A stretch of 64,000 nt of DNA. Source: Anthoceros angustus. Its lineage: Eukaryota; Plantae; Anthocerotophyta. This document shows positions 24,559-36,711 of this stretch, in pieces. The stretch covers positions 186,001-250,000 of the forward strand of contig VJWM01000025.1 of assembly GCA_010909165.1 (NCBI GenBank), read 5' to 3'. Within the stretch, counting starts at the first letter, position 1, and each line of letters opens with the position of its first letter. The position numbers and the translations under genes are program-made. The notes under the pieces were generated by a model. The model did not search any database, was not told the DNA's origin, and worked only from the letters and a program-made list of their open reading frames with translations.

Positions 24559-27500
24559 TCACGGTCGACCCCTGCAACTGCAACAACCAGCTACGAATCG
24601 ATGCACACGGTACCCATCCCTTACAACAATGTCTCTCTGTTCAAGCCTTGACATGATCTCCGTGGAACTGTGGCAGTCACTGCACATGCGTAAATTCTTC
24701 GTTACCACAAGAGGTGTGCCGCTCGGAGTATTCAAGAGACCAAACGCCAGAGCTAGCTTCTCAGCATGTCCACAAAGCAGATCTTCCTTTCCCTGCTCAC
24801 ACATTGGCTTCAACACCAAATTTGTGTGAGGTACGTGGCCTCCTTCCTGCATCAGACGTTTGTTCGTGCTCTCTACCTTAACTGTAATCTCCTCCCTTCT
24901 TTCCCCCACCAGAAATCTGTGTACCTGCTTTTTCACCTCAATTGTGGCCACAGCAGGTTTCTTGTTTGCTCCTGCTTCCATTCTCTGCGTTTCAATCCTG
25001 TCTACATCACTCCACATACCTGCCTCTGCGAAAGCATTGGCCATGAGCACATACGCAGAAGCCCATAGCGGATCCAGACTAATGATGCTTTCAAAACACC
25101 ACATCGCCCTCTCGATATCACCGTGATTTTTGCAAGCATTCAACAAAGATGTCAAGCCCACGACGTTCCTTTGGCCTTCACATGATGATAACATCTTCTC
25201 TGCCTCATCTAAATGGCCAGCACGCCCAAGAAGATCGATCATGCAATTGTAATGCTCAACTGTAGGTTTGATGCCATACTGTTCAGCCATGGAATCAAAG
25301 TGCTTGCGACCCTCTGGACCAGTCATGACTGCATGCTACTAGAAGGCAAGTAAAAGTAGCACCATCAGGCTGAATACCGGCAACTAACATCTCCTCAAAA
25401 CAAGCTAGTGCCTTGTGACCTTCATCACAAGTACCATACCCAGATATCAGGGCATTCCATGTCACCACATTCTTTGTGGCCAAGCTGTCAAAAACCTGGC
25501 GTGCATCTTCCAGTTCACCACATTTTGCATACATGTCCACTCAGTGTGTTCAAGAGACCAAACGCCAGAGCTAGCTTCTCAGCATGCCCACAAAGCGCAT
25601 CTTCCTTTTCCTTCTCACACAGTGGCTTCAACACCAACTTTGTGTGGTGTATCCTTCCTGCTTCAGACGTGCATTCGTGCTCTACCTTAACGCAATATCC
25701 TCTTCTTTCTCCCACCAGAAATCTGTGTACCTGCTTATTCACCTCAATGGTCGCCACTGCAGGTTTCTTGTTAGCTCCTGCATTCTCTGTGTTTCAATCC
25801 TGTCTACATCGGTCCACCTACCTGCATCTGCATAGGCATTGGCCATGAGCACATACGCAGACGCCCTGGGTCCAGCCTAACAATGCTTTCAAAACACCAC
25901 ATCGCCCTCTATATCCCCGTGACTTTTGCAGGCATTCAACAAAGACGTCAAGCCCACAACATTACTTTGGCCTCACATGATAATAGCATCTTCTCTGCCT
26001 CATCTAAATGGCCTGCACGCCCAAGAAGATCAATCATGCAATTGTAATGCTCAATAGTAGGTTTGATGCCATGCTGTTCAGCCATGGAATCAAAGTGCTT
26101 GCGACCCTCGTGGACCAGTCCTCATGACTGCATGCTACTAGAAGGCAAGTAAAAGTAGCATCATCAGGCTGAATACCGGCAACTAACATCTCCTCAAAAC
26201 AAGCTAGTGCCTTGTGACCTTCATCACAAGTACCATACCCAGATATCAGGGCATTCCATGTCACCACATTCTTTGTCATGCTGTCAAAACCTGGCGTGCA
26301 TCTTCCAGTTCACCACATTTTGCATACATGTCCACCAGGCAGTTGCCCAACACTACGTTATCCAGCAGTCCTCTTTCGACAATCTGTGAGTGCAGCTGCC
26401 TGCCCTTCTGTAAGGCACCAGTGCTTGCACAGGCCTTCAGAAGGCAAGCAAAAGTAACATGGTCAGCCAAAATGAGGCCCTCTGCTCCATTTGTCCATAC
26501 AGAACAAGCGCCTCTTGGCGAGTCCTTGCTGTGCATACCCAGCAATCAGGGCATTCCATGTCACCACATCCTTTGGCCAAGCTGTCAAAAACCTGGCGTG
26601 CATCTTCCAGTTCACCACATTTTGCATACATGTCCACCAGGCAGTTGCCCACCAGTATCATCCAGCAGTCCTCTTTCACAATCTGTGAGTGCAGCTGCCT
26701 GCCCTTCTGTAAGGCACCAGTGCTTGCACAGGCCTTCAGAAGGCAAGCAAAAGTAACATGGTCAGCCAAAATGAGGCCCTCCTGCTCCATTTGTCCATAC
26801 ACAACAAGCGCCTCTTGGCGAGTCCTTGCTGTGCATACCCAGCAATCAGGGCATTCCATGTCACCACATCCTTTGGCCAAGCTGTCAAAAACCTGGCGTG
26901 CATCTTCCAGTTCACCACATTTTGCATACATGTCCACCAGGCAGTTGCCCACCAGTATGTCATCCAGCAGTCCTCTTTCAATCTGTGAGTGCAGCTGCCT
27001 GCCCTTCTGTAAGGCACCAGTGCTTGCACAGGCCTTCAGAAGGCAAGCAAAAGTAACATGGTAAAATGAGGCCCTCTGCTCCATTTGTCCATACAGAACA
27101 AGCGCCTCTTGGCGAGCCCTTGCTGTGCATACCCAGCAATCAGGGCATTCCATGTCACCACATCCTTTGTGGCCAAGCTGTCAAAAACCTGGCGTGCATC
27201 TTCCAGTTCGCCACATTTTGCATACATGTCCACCAGGCAGTTGCCCACCAGTATGTTATCCAGCAGTCCTCTTTCCACAATCTGTGAGTGCAGCTGCCTG
27301 CCCTTCTGTAAGGCACCAGTGCTTGCACAGGCCTTCAGAAGGCAAGCAAAAGTAACATGGTCAGCCAATCAGGCCTCCTGCTCCATTTGTCCATACACAA
27401 CAAGCGCCTCTTGGCCGAGCCCTTGCTGTGCATACCCAGCAATCAGCGCCGTCCATGTCACCACATCCTTTGCCGCCAAGCTTTCAAAAACCTGGCGGGC

Positions 27501-28544
27501 ATCTTTCAGTTCACCACATTTTGCATACATGTCCACCAGGCCGTTGCCAACAAACAAGGTAATAGGAATGCCACTGTGCAACACATCACAGTGCACTTTC
27601 CTGCCAGATTCCAAGTCGGCGGCAAATGAACAAGCTTGAAGGGCAGCCACAAAGACATGAGCATCAGCCTTCACTTCTGACCTGCACATCTCATGGTACA
27701 GTTGTATGGCCTCATAAGGTTTCCCCTGCTTGGCATGTGCAGAGATTATGGAAAACCACATGAACACATCTGGTTTCCCCACCCTGGTGAACACATCCAT
27801 GGCCTCTTGCAGCCTACCTCCACATGCATACATGCGCAAGATATGGTTTCCCAAATATGCATTCGACTCGTACCCTAGTTTGACAGTGAGATCATGAACT
27901 CGGCGCCCCACAACCAGATCCTTCTTAGCTTCACACAGTTTTAGGACAGTGTAAAACAGAGACCGAGAAACAGCAGAACCTGTCTGCGCCAGAGATTCCA
28001 GGGCTCCAACGGCCTCAGAAAGCCTCCCCTGCTGACATAACGTGCGCACGGTTACAGCCGTTACGACGCCCACTTCCGATCTTGCACGCCTGCCAGCGTC
28101 AGGCTCATGGGAAGAGCTCGATTTGGAAGGAGAGGCACCTTGACCCATGTGCTTATCCAAGGAAACGAGCTGCTCATCAACCCAAGCTGGCTTAAACATG
28201 CTGTTTAACCACAGGACCTCGCCAGACCCCTTACGCCGGAAGTCAGGCGAACGGGAGCTCTTCTTATCTCGTCTGTTGTCCCACCACATAGGAGGGTCCA
28301 GAAAAAATTGTTGCCACAATCGCTCCTGCTCCTGGCGACGACCATCGCTGCAATATCTGTCCCGACCCACGCAGTTTCTCGGAAGTGGGTGTGCTGGGCT
28401 CCTTACAATGCTGCAGCTCGAGGTTTGGCTGTTTGCCGGTGGTCGACTCCCTAATGTAAGGTGAGCGGGAGCTTCTTGTAGAATCCCTGTACACACAGCA
28501 ATTTGTTGGGTCCACAATGGGTCCAGTTGCCAGACTGTGGCCAT
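24559..28544 (-). CDS. PLS-class PPR protein with N-terminal PDF motif and DYW:KP (GRP) deaminase domain, unit A; the C-terminal module is duplicated
   Basis: One 391-aa frame (27369-28544) runs from the ATG through [47 protein letters not shown] into PPR repeats. Five DMYAKC repeats follow. C-terminus has [10 protein letters not shown]...GHAEKLA...CSDCH...GCCSCRGRP*. The middle is broken by indels. Confidence 0.9.
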
Positions 28545-29189
28545 CTTTCAGGGACCGCAGTCGGAAGATGAGTCAAACAACATCGTTCAGGGACCGCCGT
28601 CGCAAGAAAAGTACCAGCAGGCTATCGCTGGATGCCCAAGTACTGATAAGGATAACACCACACCACACCACACCACTCTCAATGTGGACACTGCAGACGC
28701 TTTTTCACGGCAGGGGCGTTTGGAACCCCGGCGGCCCGGCCTCGTCTTCCGGTCCCTCGGGTGCCCGCCGTGTGATTAAACATGCATGGACGACCGTCAA
28801 GTATGGCTTACACTCCCATGAGGCATGGATTCCCGCGGTTGCCATCATGTATGGCTGACCCTCCCATGAGGCATGAATTCCCTAGTTTTGGCGGCGCATG
28901 TGAATGCGGAAGCTGGAGCCTGGGAGATACGAAATTTGAGCTTCAGGAAACTTTTCGCACCCCGGAGAGGAAAACCTTCAGGCAAGCCATGAATCCCACC
29001 CGAGACCTGTCCGCGTAACCCAGGAAGCGAGAGTCATTCGATGCTGATGACCTCTGCTACGATGAGAGGTGGATCAGTCAATTAGCCCGTCCAATGCTCA
29101 TGTCTCAGTTTGGACAGGGATACATTCACCCCAATTCAAAGACATTCTCTGGCGTACGCACTTGAGCACTGTCAAATTTTTCATTTTTC

Positions 29190-30926
29190 TCACGGTCGAC
29201 CCTTACAACTGCAACCACCAGCTGCTAATCGAGGCACAAGGTACCCGATGCCTTACAGCGATGTCTCTCTGTTCAAGCCTTGACATGATCTCCGTGGAAC
29301 TGTGTCAGTCACTGCACATGCGTAGATTCTTAGTTACCACCAGAGGTGTCCCACTCGGAGTGTCCAAGAGACCAAACGTATGCCAGAGCTGGCTTCAGCA
29401 TGCCACAAAGCACATCTTCCCTTTTCTTCTCACACAGCACCAACTTCGTGTGAGGACCGTGGCCTCCGTCCTCCTTCAGCCGTGCGTTCGTGCTCTCTAC
29501 CTCAAGTGCGATATCTTCTGTTCTTTCTCCCACCAGAAATTCATGGTCCTGCTTATTCACCTCGATGTTTTCCACTGCAGGTTTCTTGTTAGCTCCTGCT
29601 ACCATTCCCTGTGATTCAATCCCGTCTACAAAGACCCACCTAACTGATCTGCGTAGGCATTGGCCATGAGCACATACGCAGACAACCTTCGAGGGTCCAG
29701 CCTAACAATGCTTTCAAAACACCTCATAGCCCTCTCTATATCCCCATGACTTTTGCACGCATGCAACAAAGACGTCAAACCCACAACATTACTTTGGCCC
29801 TCCCATGACAATAGCATATTCTCCGCCTCATCTTCAAAACAAGCTAGTGCGCTGTGACCATCATCACAAGCACCATACAAAAATATCAAGGCAATTCATG
29901 TTACCACATCCTTTGTGGCCAAGCTGTCGAAAACCTGGCGTGCAGCTTCCAGGGTGCCACATTTTGCATACATGTCTACCAGGCCGTTGTCCAAAACTAC
30001 CCAGCAGTCCAATGGACAATCTGCGATTGCAGCTGCGTGCTCTTCTGTAAGTCGCCAGTGCTTGTACAGACAGGCCTTTAGAAGGCGAGCAATTGTGATG
30101 TTGTCAGCCAAGACTAGGCCCTCCTTCTCCATTTGTTCATACACAACGAGCGCCTCATCTCCGAGCCCTTGCTGGGTATACCCAGCAAAACATGAAGACA
30201 CTTGGTTTGCCCACCCTGGTGTACACATCCATGGCCACTTGCAGCCTACCTCCACATGCATACATGCGCAAGATATGGTTCCCCAGGCATACATTCCACT
30301 CGTACCCTAGTTTGACAGTGACATCATGAACTCGCTGCCCCGCAACCAGATCCTTCTTAGCTGCACACAATTTTAGCACGATATAAAACAGAGTCTGAGA
30401 AATAGCAGAATCTGTGTGCGCCAGAGATTCCAGGGCCGCAACGGCCTCCCCTGCTGACACAACGTGCGCACGGATACGACGCCCATTCCCGATCCGGCAC
30501 GCTTGCCAAGTTCAGGCTAATCCGGAGGCACCATGATCCATCTGCATATCCAAGGAAATCAGCTGACCATCAACCCAAGCTGGCTTCGGCATGCTGTCCA
30601 ACCACAGGACCTCGCCGGACCCCAAACGCCGGAAGTCAAGCGAACGGGAGCTCCTCTTGTTTCGTCTGTTGTCCCACCACATGGTAGGGTCCAGGAAAAA
30701 ATGTTGCCACCATCGCTCTTGCTCCTTCTCCTGCCGACGACCATCGCTCGAATATCGGCCCCAACCCACACATCTCTTAGAAGTGTACACTGCAGGACCT
30801 GGAGGCTTGGATGTTTATCGGGGGTTGCCTCTCTAAAGTAAGGTGACCGGGAGCTTCTCATACGATTCCTCTATACACAGCAATTTGTTGGGTCCACATT
30901 GGGTCCGGTTGCCATACTGTGGCCAT
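29190..30926 (-). pseudogene. Short, degenerate PDF-PPR-DYW:KP (GRP) paralogue, unit B
   Basis: ATGGCCACAGTATGG start. [38 protein letters not shown] motif. Only one DMYAKC repeat, deletions, KKPAVENIEV, and a terminal CSCKGRP*. Confidence 0.8.
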
Positions 30927-32529
30927 CGTTCAGGGACCGCTGTCAGAATGAGACTAACAACAGACTATGGCAGGATGCCCAGGTACTGTGTATGACCACA
31001 CCACCCTGAAGCAGAGTGGTGACGGATTTTTGTTGGGTACCCATGGCAAAAGACAACAAAATAGAACAATTGGAACGTATTCTGACATGGAGCGGATGTT
31101 ACCCACACCGCCGCCGTGCGCCCCGGTCGATCATGAAGGGGAGACCGGCAGGTCGGGAAGGATGGCACGCCTGCCAGGCATGAAGGCCACAACGAACCAA
31201 TGCAAGATAGCTTAAAGGGAGCGGCGTGCATCATCAGTTGCAAGAAGCTCAGCATAGCGAAGCGCCTTCCGCTCTTGAAACTCTCTCAATTTCTTACAAT
31301 TCTGACACCTACAGCGTTCATCTGGAGGCAGCCTCGAGTGCATGGTGATTCAGTATCTGCGGGCTTCTCATTCAAAACCCTCGACAGGCTTTGAAAATGG
31401 GAAAGTGGCTCGGCTCTCAATATTCAGGGTTGTGTACATAGTTTTAGGCATGGTGCGGCTTCATTCTCTCGTACCTCACGGGTACTCGCAGACCAATCTC
31501 GGGACGGTTACGGTAACAGGTGGTACATCCTCCACAAGGTCCTCTAACCTGCCGGGCCCTTCTGTTACAGGAGTTGCTCTCTCCTACTACGAGCCTTGGG
31601 GTCGGTCTTACGTTGGCCTTTCAAAGTAGATGAGCTCACCCCATCTCCTCCTCGTTAATAAAATATTTTATTTTAATTATAAGTTTTTTAATCATAAGTT
31701 CAGTTTTTCAGCATTTCCATTATGAATACATAGATTCTCGTGCATAAGTTCAAGTTTTAGGATGGAAACGAAAACCATGCTCGTCTTAGGCAAAGGTTTA
31801 TCTTTCTTGATAAGAACTCGGAGATTAAAGATCATCTAGATGATGCTTAATTGCTGAGTTCTTATAAAAAAAGATGGGAAGGGCCAAACTGCGAAAGTGG
31901 TCCATCCAGAAGTAGGTGATCAATCTCATCAACCAAGGTTTGGAGCATGTTGAAATAACTGCAATCACTCCCCAACTGCAAACAAGGCAAGGAGATGAAG
32001 GCACGTTTGGATCCAAGTTTTGTTAACTAAATGCTTCATCTTGGTGTGAAGGATTCTAAACTGAAACTCAGGAATACTTCCATGGAAGTGGTCACCTACT
32101 GATGACTCTACTTGCATGGAGTTGATATTGAATTGATTGACTAGTCACATTCAGAGCACAAAACAAGGCAGAACTTTTCAGACATTAGAATAGCGATGAC
32201 ACATAGTTGGGCCACCATCGTGAACGGATGCACAATTACGTGCTTCAATTATCTCTTGCCACTAGTAGATGACCATCAGAGTCCTAGTTGCTCCAATGCC
32301 ATGTTCGATTTAGAGAAGAAGGTAAGAGGGCTAGGTCTGTATGAGGAAGAACACCTTCATAATAGAACTAACGTGATGCCCCAAAGCCTTGTGTGCCAGC
32401 GTGAGAGGGTATTGCCTCATTTGATCCATATAATAAAAGTGAGAGACATTCCTCATTTCATTTGTATAATAAAAAGCATTCAAGTTGTTAGGGAGAGATG
32501 CATGTGCAATTGCATTGGGTTGGGCTAGA

Positions 32530-34870
32530 AGCCAAGAACCTGCTCCCTTCCCTAAGCAAGAGCGGATGTGAGCTCGAGTGGGCCTGGGAATGGAGGAATC
32601 CTGCGCAAGGAGAAATGAGGCATGGCGGCCGTAGCCTCTGAGGATAAAGATCCCCTGGCCAACCTTAAGGATGCCTGTAGGGGGAAAACTCCCACCTCAA
32701 CGCCCAAGACAAAAGCCTCTAAGATGCGGAAATCCGGATTAGGAAATAGGAGGTGAAGATGGGGGCAGAGAAGGCCCAGCTCCCTAAGAAAGCCACCGGC
32801 GCTGAGGCCTCCATGGCTAACAGACCAGCGCCCCCAAAAGTGACAGAAAGGAAAGTCTTTGGCAGATCTCCAGTAGCGCACTCGAAGGTGCCTCGGGCCG
32901 ATGATATCGCCCAACACCTGCATAATCTATTTGCCAAAATCCCTCATGCTAGATAAGAAAATCGGGGAGAGAGAAACCGTTCAAAGGACTTGGTACCCTG
33001 GCCAGCGCACATAGCAAAAAGAGAGGATCCCAAACGCCACTTGCGGGTCCCCCAATTTAGAAAGGTCGTCAAAATATGCTAAGTCCTTCCTTAAGGCTGC
33101 GTCCACGTATTCTTGCATGAAGGCCGAGACCCACCAGGACGCCAAGAACTCGAAGCCCCCGCAGAGAAGGAATATGCCCCTCTAGATACTGAAGAGAGGG
33201 CAAAACACCCGAAGGAGACTAAAGCCTGCACTTTAAGATGTTGACCTTCAAGCCAAGGCGAGAGAGCTTCGAGGAGAAGAATTCAAAAGCCTCCTTTACC
33301 TTGTCTCCAGGCCCCAGGATATGGATATCGTCAGCCATTGACGAATATAGGAATTCCCACACCAAGGAGGCAGTTAAAGACAAAGCCCTTATATGCGTGA
33401 TAGCGACGAGGGCACGACCTCAAGGGTCACCATGTCTTGTGCCTGTCGCCGAGTCCAGCACATAAACTGCTTATACTAAGGGCCCATGTTGATAGTAGAG
33501 GTTGGAGGGAGACCTATAGGAAGAGCGGACAAAGGGGATAAGGCTAGCCCGCTGCCCACTTGCGTTCTTGAGCTCGTCGAAGATAGCCGCCCTGGAGATA
33601 GTGTTGAAGGCATTCTCAACAACCTGAAGAGCAACCCAATTCCGATGGGTCTCAAGAACCGCCTCAACCCCAAACGCCACTAACTCGCAGCCCTCAGGAG
33701 TAGCAATCCATAAATTAATGGGACTAAGATAGGCTTGGAACTACTCCTGGACCTAGATGGCAATGCTACGGCCAATATGCAAGAAAACGAGCCTTTACGG
33801 TAGGGCACACCTGTGGTGGGCTTCCATAGCCGTGAAATTGCTCCCACCCAAACCCGAAAATCAGGAGAAGTCTCGCCCGCCTGTAAAGTGAAGAAATAGC
33901 TCGAAAAAACCGCTCGAAGGATCCTTAGGAGTAAAGTGGTCCTGGAGGTGGTTGTAGACTGTTTTGGATAGACCACCCGATGAAAGGGGCAAGGGAGTGG
34001 TCATAGGTCATCAAGACAGTCCTTCGAGACAAAGAGTTCCTCAGGACGAAGTCCGACAAATGGAGACTCTCAAGCCTGGATGAAGGCGCGGGAGTGCAAT
34101 AGTCTTCTGCAGCACGACTGGGTCAAGAGCCCGAGCACTAGCATACTCCCAACCAAGCAAGAGGCACCTTTGAGATGCTCGCAGTTCATGAACCTAATCC
34201 ACCTAAAAGAGTCTAGCTTAGATCTCGTAGTGCGCCCAACCTCCTCCTGCAAAACCTCCCGATCTCCGCCTAATCGACGCGAGAGGCGCCCCAACGCTGG
34301 AAAATCGCCTCAGCAACGGGCTTAGGAGAAAAGGGAACAAGGCCCAAGCAACCTCGTCCCAGGGATCCACTGCGAGGTGCTCCAAGGGAAGGCGATAAAC
34401 AAGGTTGAAGTTGTCCTGAAGGCACCATAGGAGGAGCAGAAAAAGTCGTAGTCACTAGGAAACGTGCTACAAGGCGGAGATGATCAGACCCCCGTAATCA
34501 CTGCCAAAACTCCGGAGAGGGCCCAAGGGGGATGTCCGGAGTGGGGAGGACAGTAGTGGAGGAAGAAGCAAGCCATAGTTGAACCTCTTGAGTTGTTTGA
34601 TCGAAGGCTTTGTGAACTAGACCAATGTGACTCCTGAATCCTCGAGGTTTGAATGATTTCCCGCATACGGGACAAAAATTGTCCTTCACAAACGCGGAAG
34701 AGAGGGGCCCCTTGGCAAAAAGAGAGAAAAACCTGAAAATTTCTTGAAACGATGTTGTAGTTTGGCCAGGGACACGCTTTAGTGCATGTGGAAACTCCTT
34801 TCAAGGCCACATTCCCTTCCGCTTTCGCCTTGGCTTTCCTCCTCTGTTGTGAAATTCATTTCCAAGACAG
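32530..34870 (-). mobile_element. CRE-clade-like non-LTR retrotransposon (C2H2 zinc finger plus reverse transcriptase), 3'-truncated and degenerate
   Basis: CPVCGKSFKPRGFRSHIGLVH zinc finger. RT motifs ATPEGCELVAFGVEAVLETHRNWVALQ..NAFNTISR, TGTRHGDP, ADDIHILG and GLRVLGV. Thumb GGAGLL...VAFLGSWAFSAP. Confidence 0.75.
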
Positions 34871-36711
34871 TCTTCGCGCACACAAGAAAACCCCATATAT
34901 GCTATTATAAGGTTATTTTTCAATTATACTCTCACTTAGTTGTATAAAATATATTTCTCATAAACATTATATCATAAGAAAAAATTGTGACTTCGAGTAC
35001 GGATGCAAGATGTAATCTTCATGCATCTAGTCGTGCACATCAATACAATGCATGTTTTGCTAGTATTGGAGGACTGTGGGGCTTGTATATACATCGATGC
35101 GTTCCTATATCAGCTTTGATCACAGGTCACACTGCACTCAGGCAGTTTAGTAGAAGTGGGTGCGCAAGTAGCATGTGCTTGCAGCCTCATCGGGTTGTTT
35201 TGGAGGCCTCGACAATTAAGGGAATCGGCTGCGAGAGACATCCAACCTGCCCACGAGCAAGAAGGGGATGCCGACGATGGTTATAAAGCTCGCTAGGCCC
35301 ATCTATGTCTCTTATTCAAGGTGGTCAACTAGTTCTCGGCACGTCTTTGCGGTCCATGCTTGCTCCTGGGGGGTAGATATTCCCGACGACCAAGTCGATG
35401 ATCCCAGTTTCAAGGCCCTACAGCAAAGAGAAGTGACAATGTCTAAGCAGGCCTGTCATGTGGAGAAGGCGAGAGGTGTGTCCTAGACACTTACAAATGA
35501 TCTTGCGCCCCCAATTGAGGTGCCCTCCCATTTTGAGGAGCGCATCTTAGTGGTCAACACTCATATTAGCAAAATATCAGATTCTGCCATTCCCTTTAAG
35601 ACAGACCATGCGAGAACCTCCTCAGTGCCTAATGCTGGTCATGTCTTTAACAGTCTTGACATTTCTCAAGTGCTTCCTAAAATCAATATTTTCATGCATG
35701 ATAAGGAGTTTATGGTCTTGACAGTTAGACTTGTATGAACGCGGTCGTCATTTGTGTTTATGTTGTTTAAGTGCGAATGTTGATTAAACAACATTAGCGA
35801 ATGCTGATCAGAGAGCTGATTATGATTAATCACCCGTGTTTTTGCTATATTTCTCAGGCTTTAAGACTAAATTAAACATGCTTTAGGGAATTCAGCTGGC
35901 TCTGTGATTTTCAGTATCATGGTCTTATTTTCCCTTTGTTTTGTTCTGATTTTTAGGCTTTGGGAATTTTCAATTTTTGGGAATTTTTAAGCTCTCAAAA
36001 AATTTAGGCTCTAGGATTTTTTAGGCTCTAGAAATCTAAAGGCTTTGTGATTCTTAATACCATTTTTTTGTTTTTCGTATGTGTGAGCTGATTCGCATAG
36101 TATTATAATTTGTTGGTTGGAGGGTTCATCCTCTATAATTTGGAGTCCTTTGACTACACGAGGGACTAGTGCACTTCATTGGAGCATGAAGTTTTTCTTG
36201 CAATCCACTGAGTACCTCCTTTTTACACTGGACTCCCAATGATGAGTCAGATGCAACATGAGTCCTTGTGGAAACTAACATCCGGCGGCTAGTTTTAGGT
36301 CTTTCGTCATTTCTAATTAATTTTTGTTTTTTTATCTCAAGCATTAGAGAAACAATCTAAGGAAGGAGGCTTGCTCATTTTTCGATGAGGAGAAAAGGAG
36401 CAGGCTTAAATCCGTGAAGGATGAGCATTGGCAAGTCATCCTAAAGGAAGAGAGGGACAAGAAGGATGGAGCAATTGCTCCCTCTCAACAGAAGTTGACT
36501 ATTGTGAAAATGAAGAACGCTGGTAAGCCTTTTTCTTACTGCTGCGAATGTGAACATTATGCCGCGTGATAGCACAATGTATGCCTTTTTGCCTTTTTAG
36601 CAGTGCCGCGTGTCTTTTTTTTCTCATTGGATAGCAGTGCATCGGAATAGAAAGAGATGATCCAGACTTCAAACAATGCTTTTTTTTCTTTGTCCTTATT
36701 TTGACGCTCTT

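Noticed and set aside
26214-27639. Long plus-strand ORFs ([18 protein letters not shown] repeats), also at 40100-41490 and 49271-50346 on the strand opposite the PPRs
   Set aside because: They are antisense shadows of the PPR repeats.
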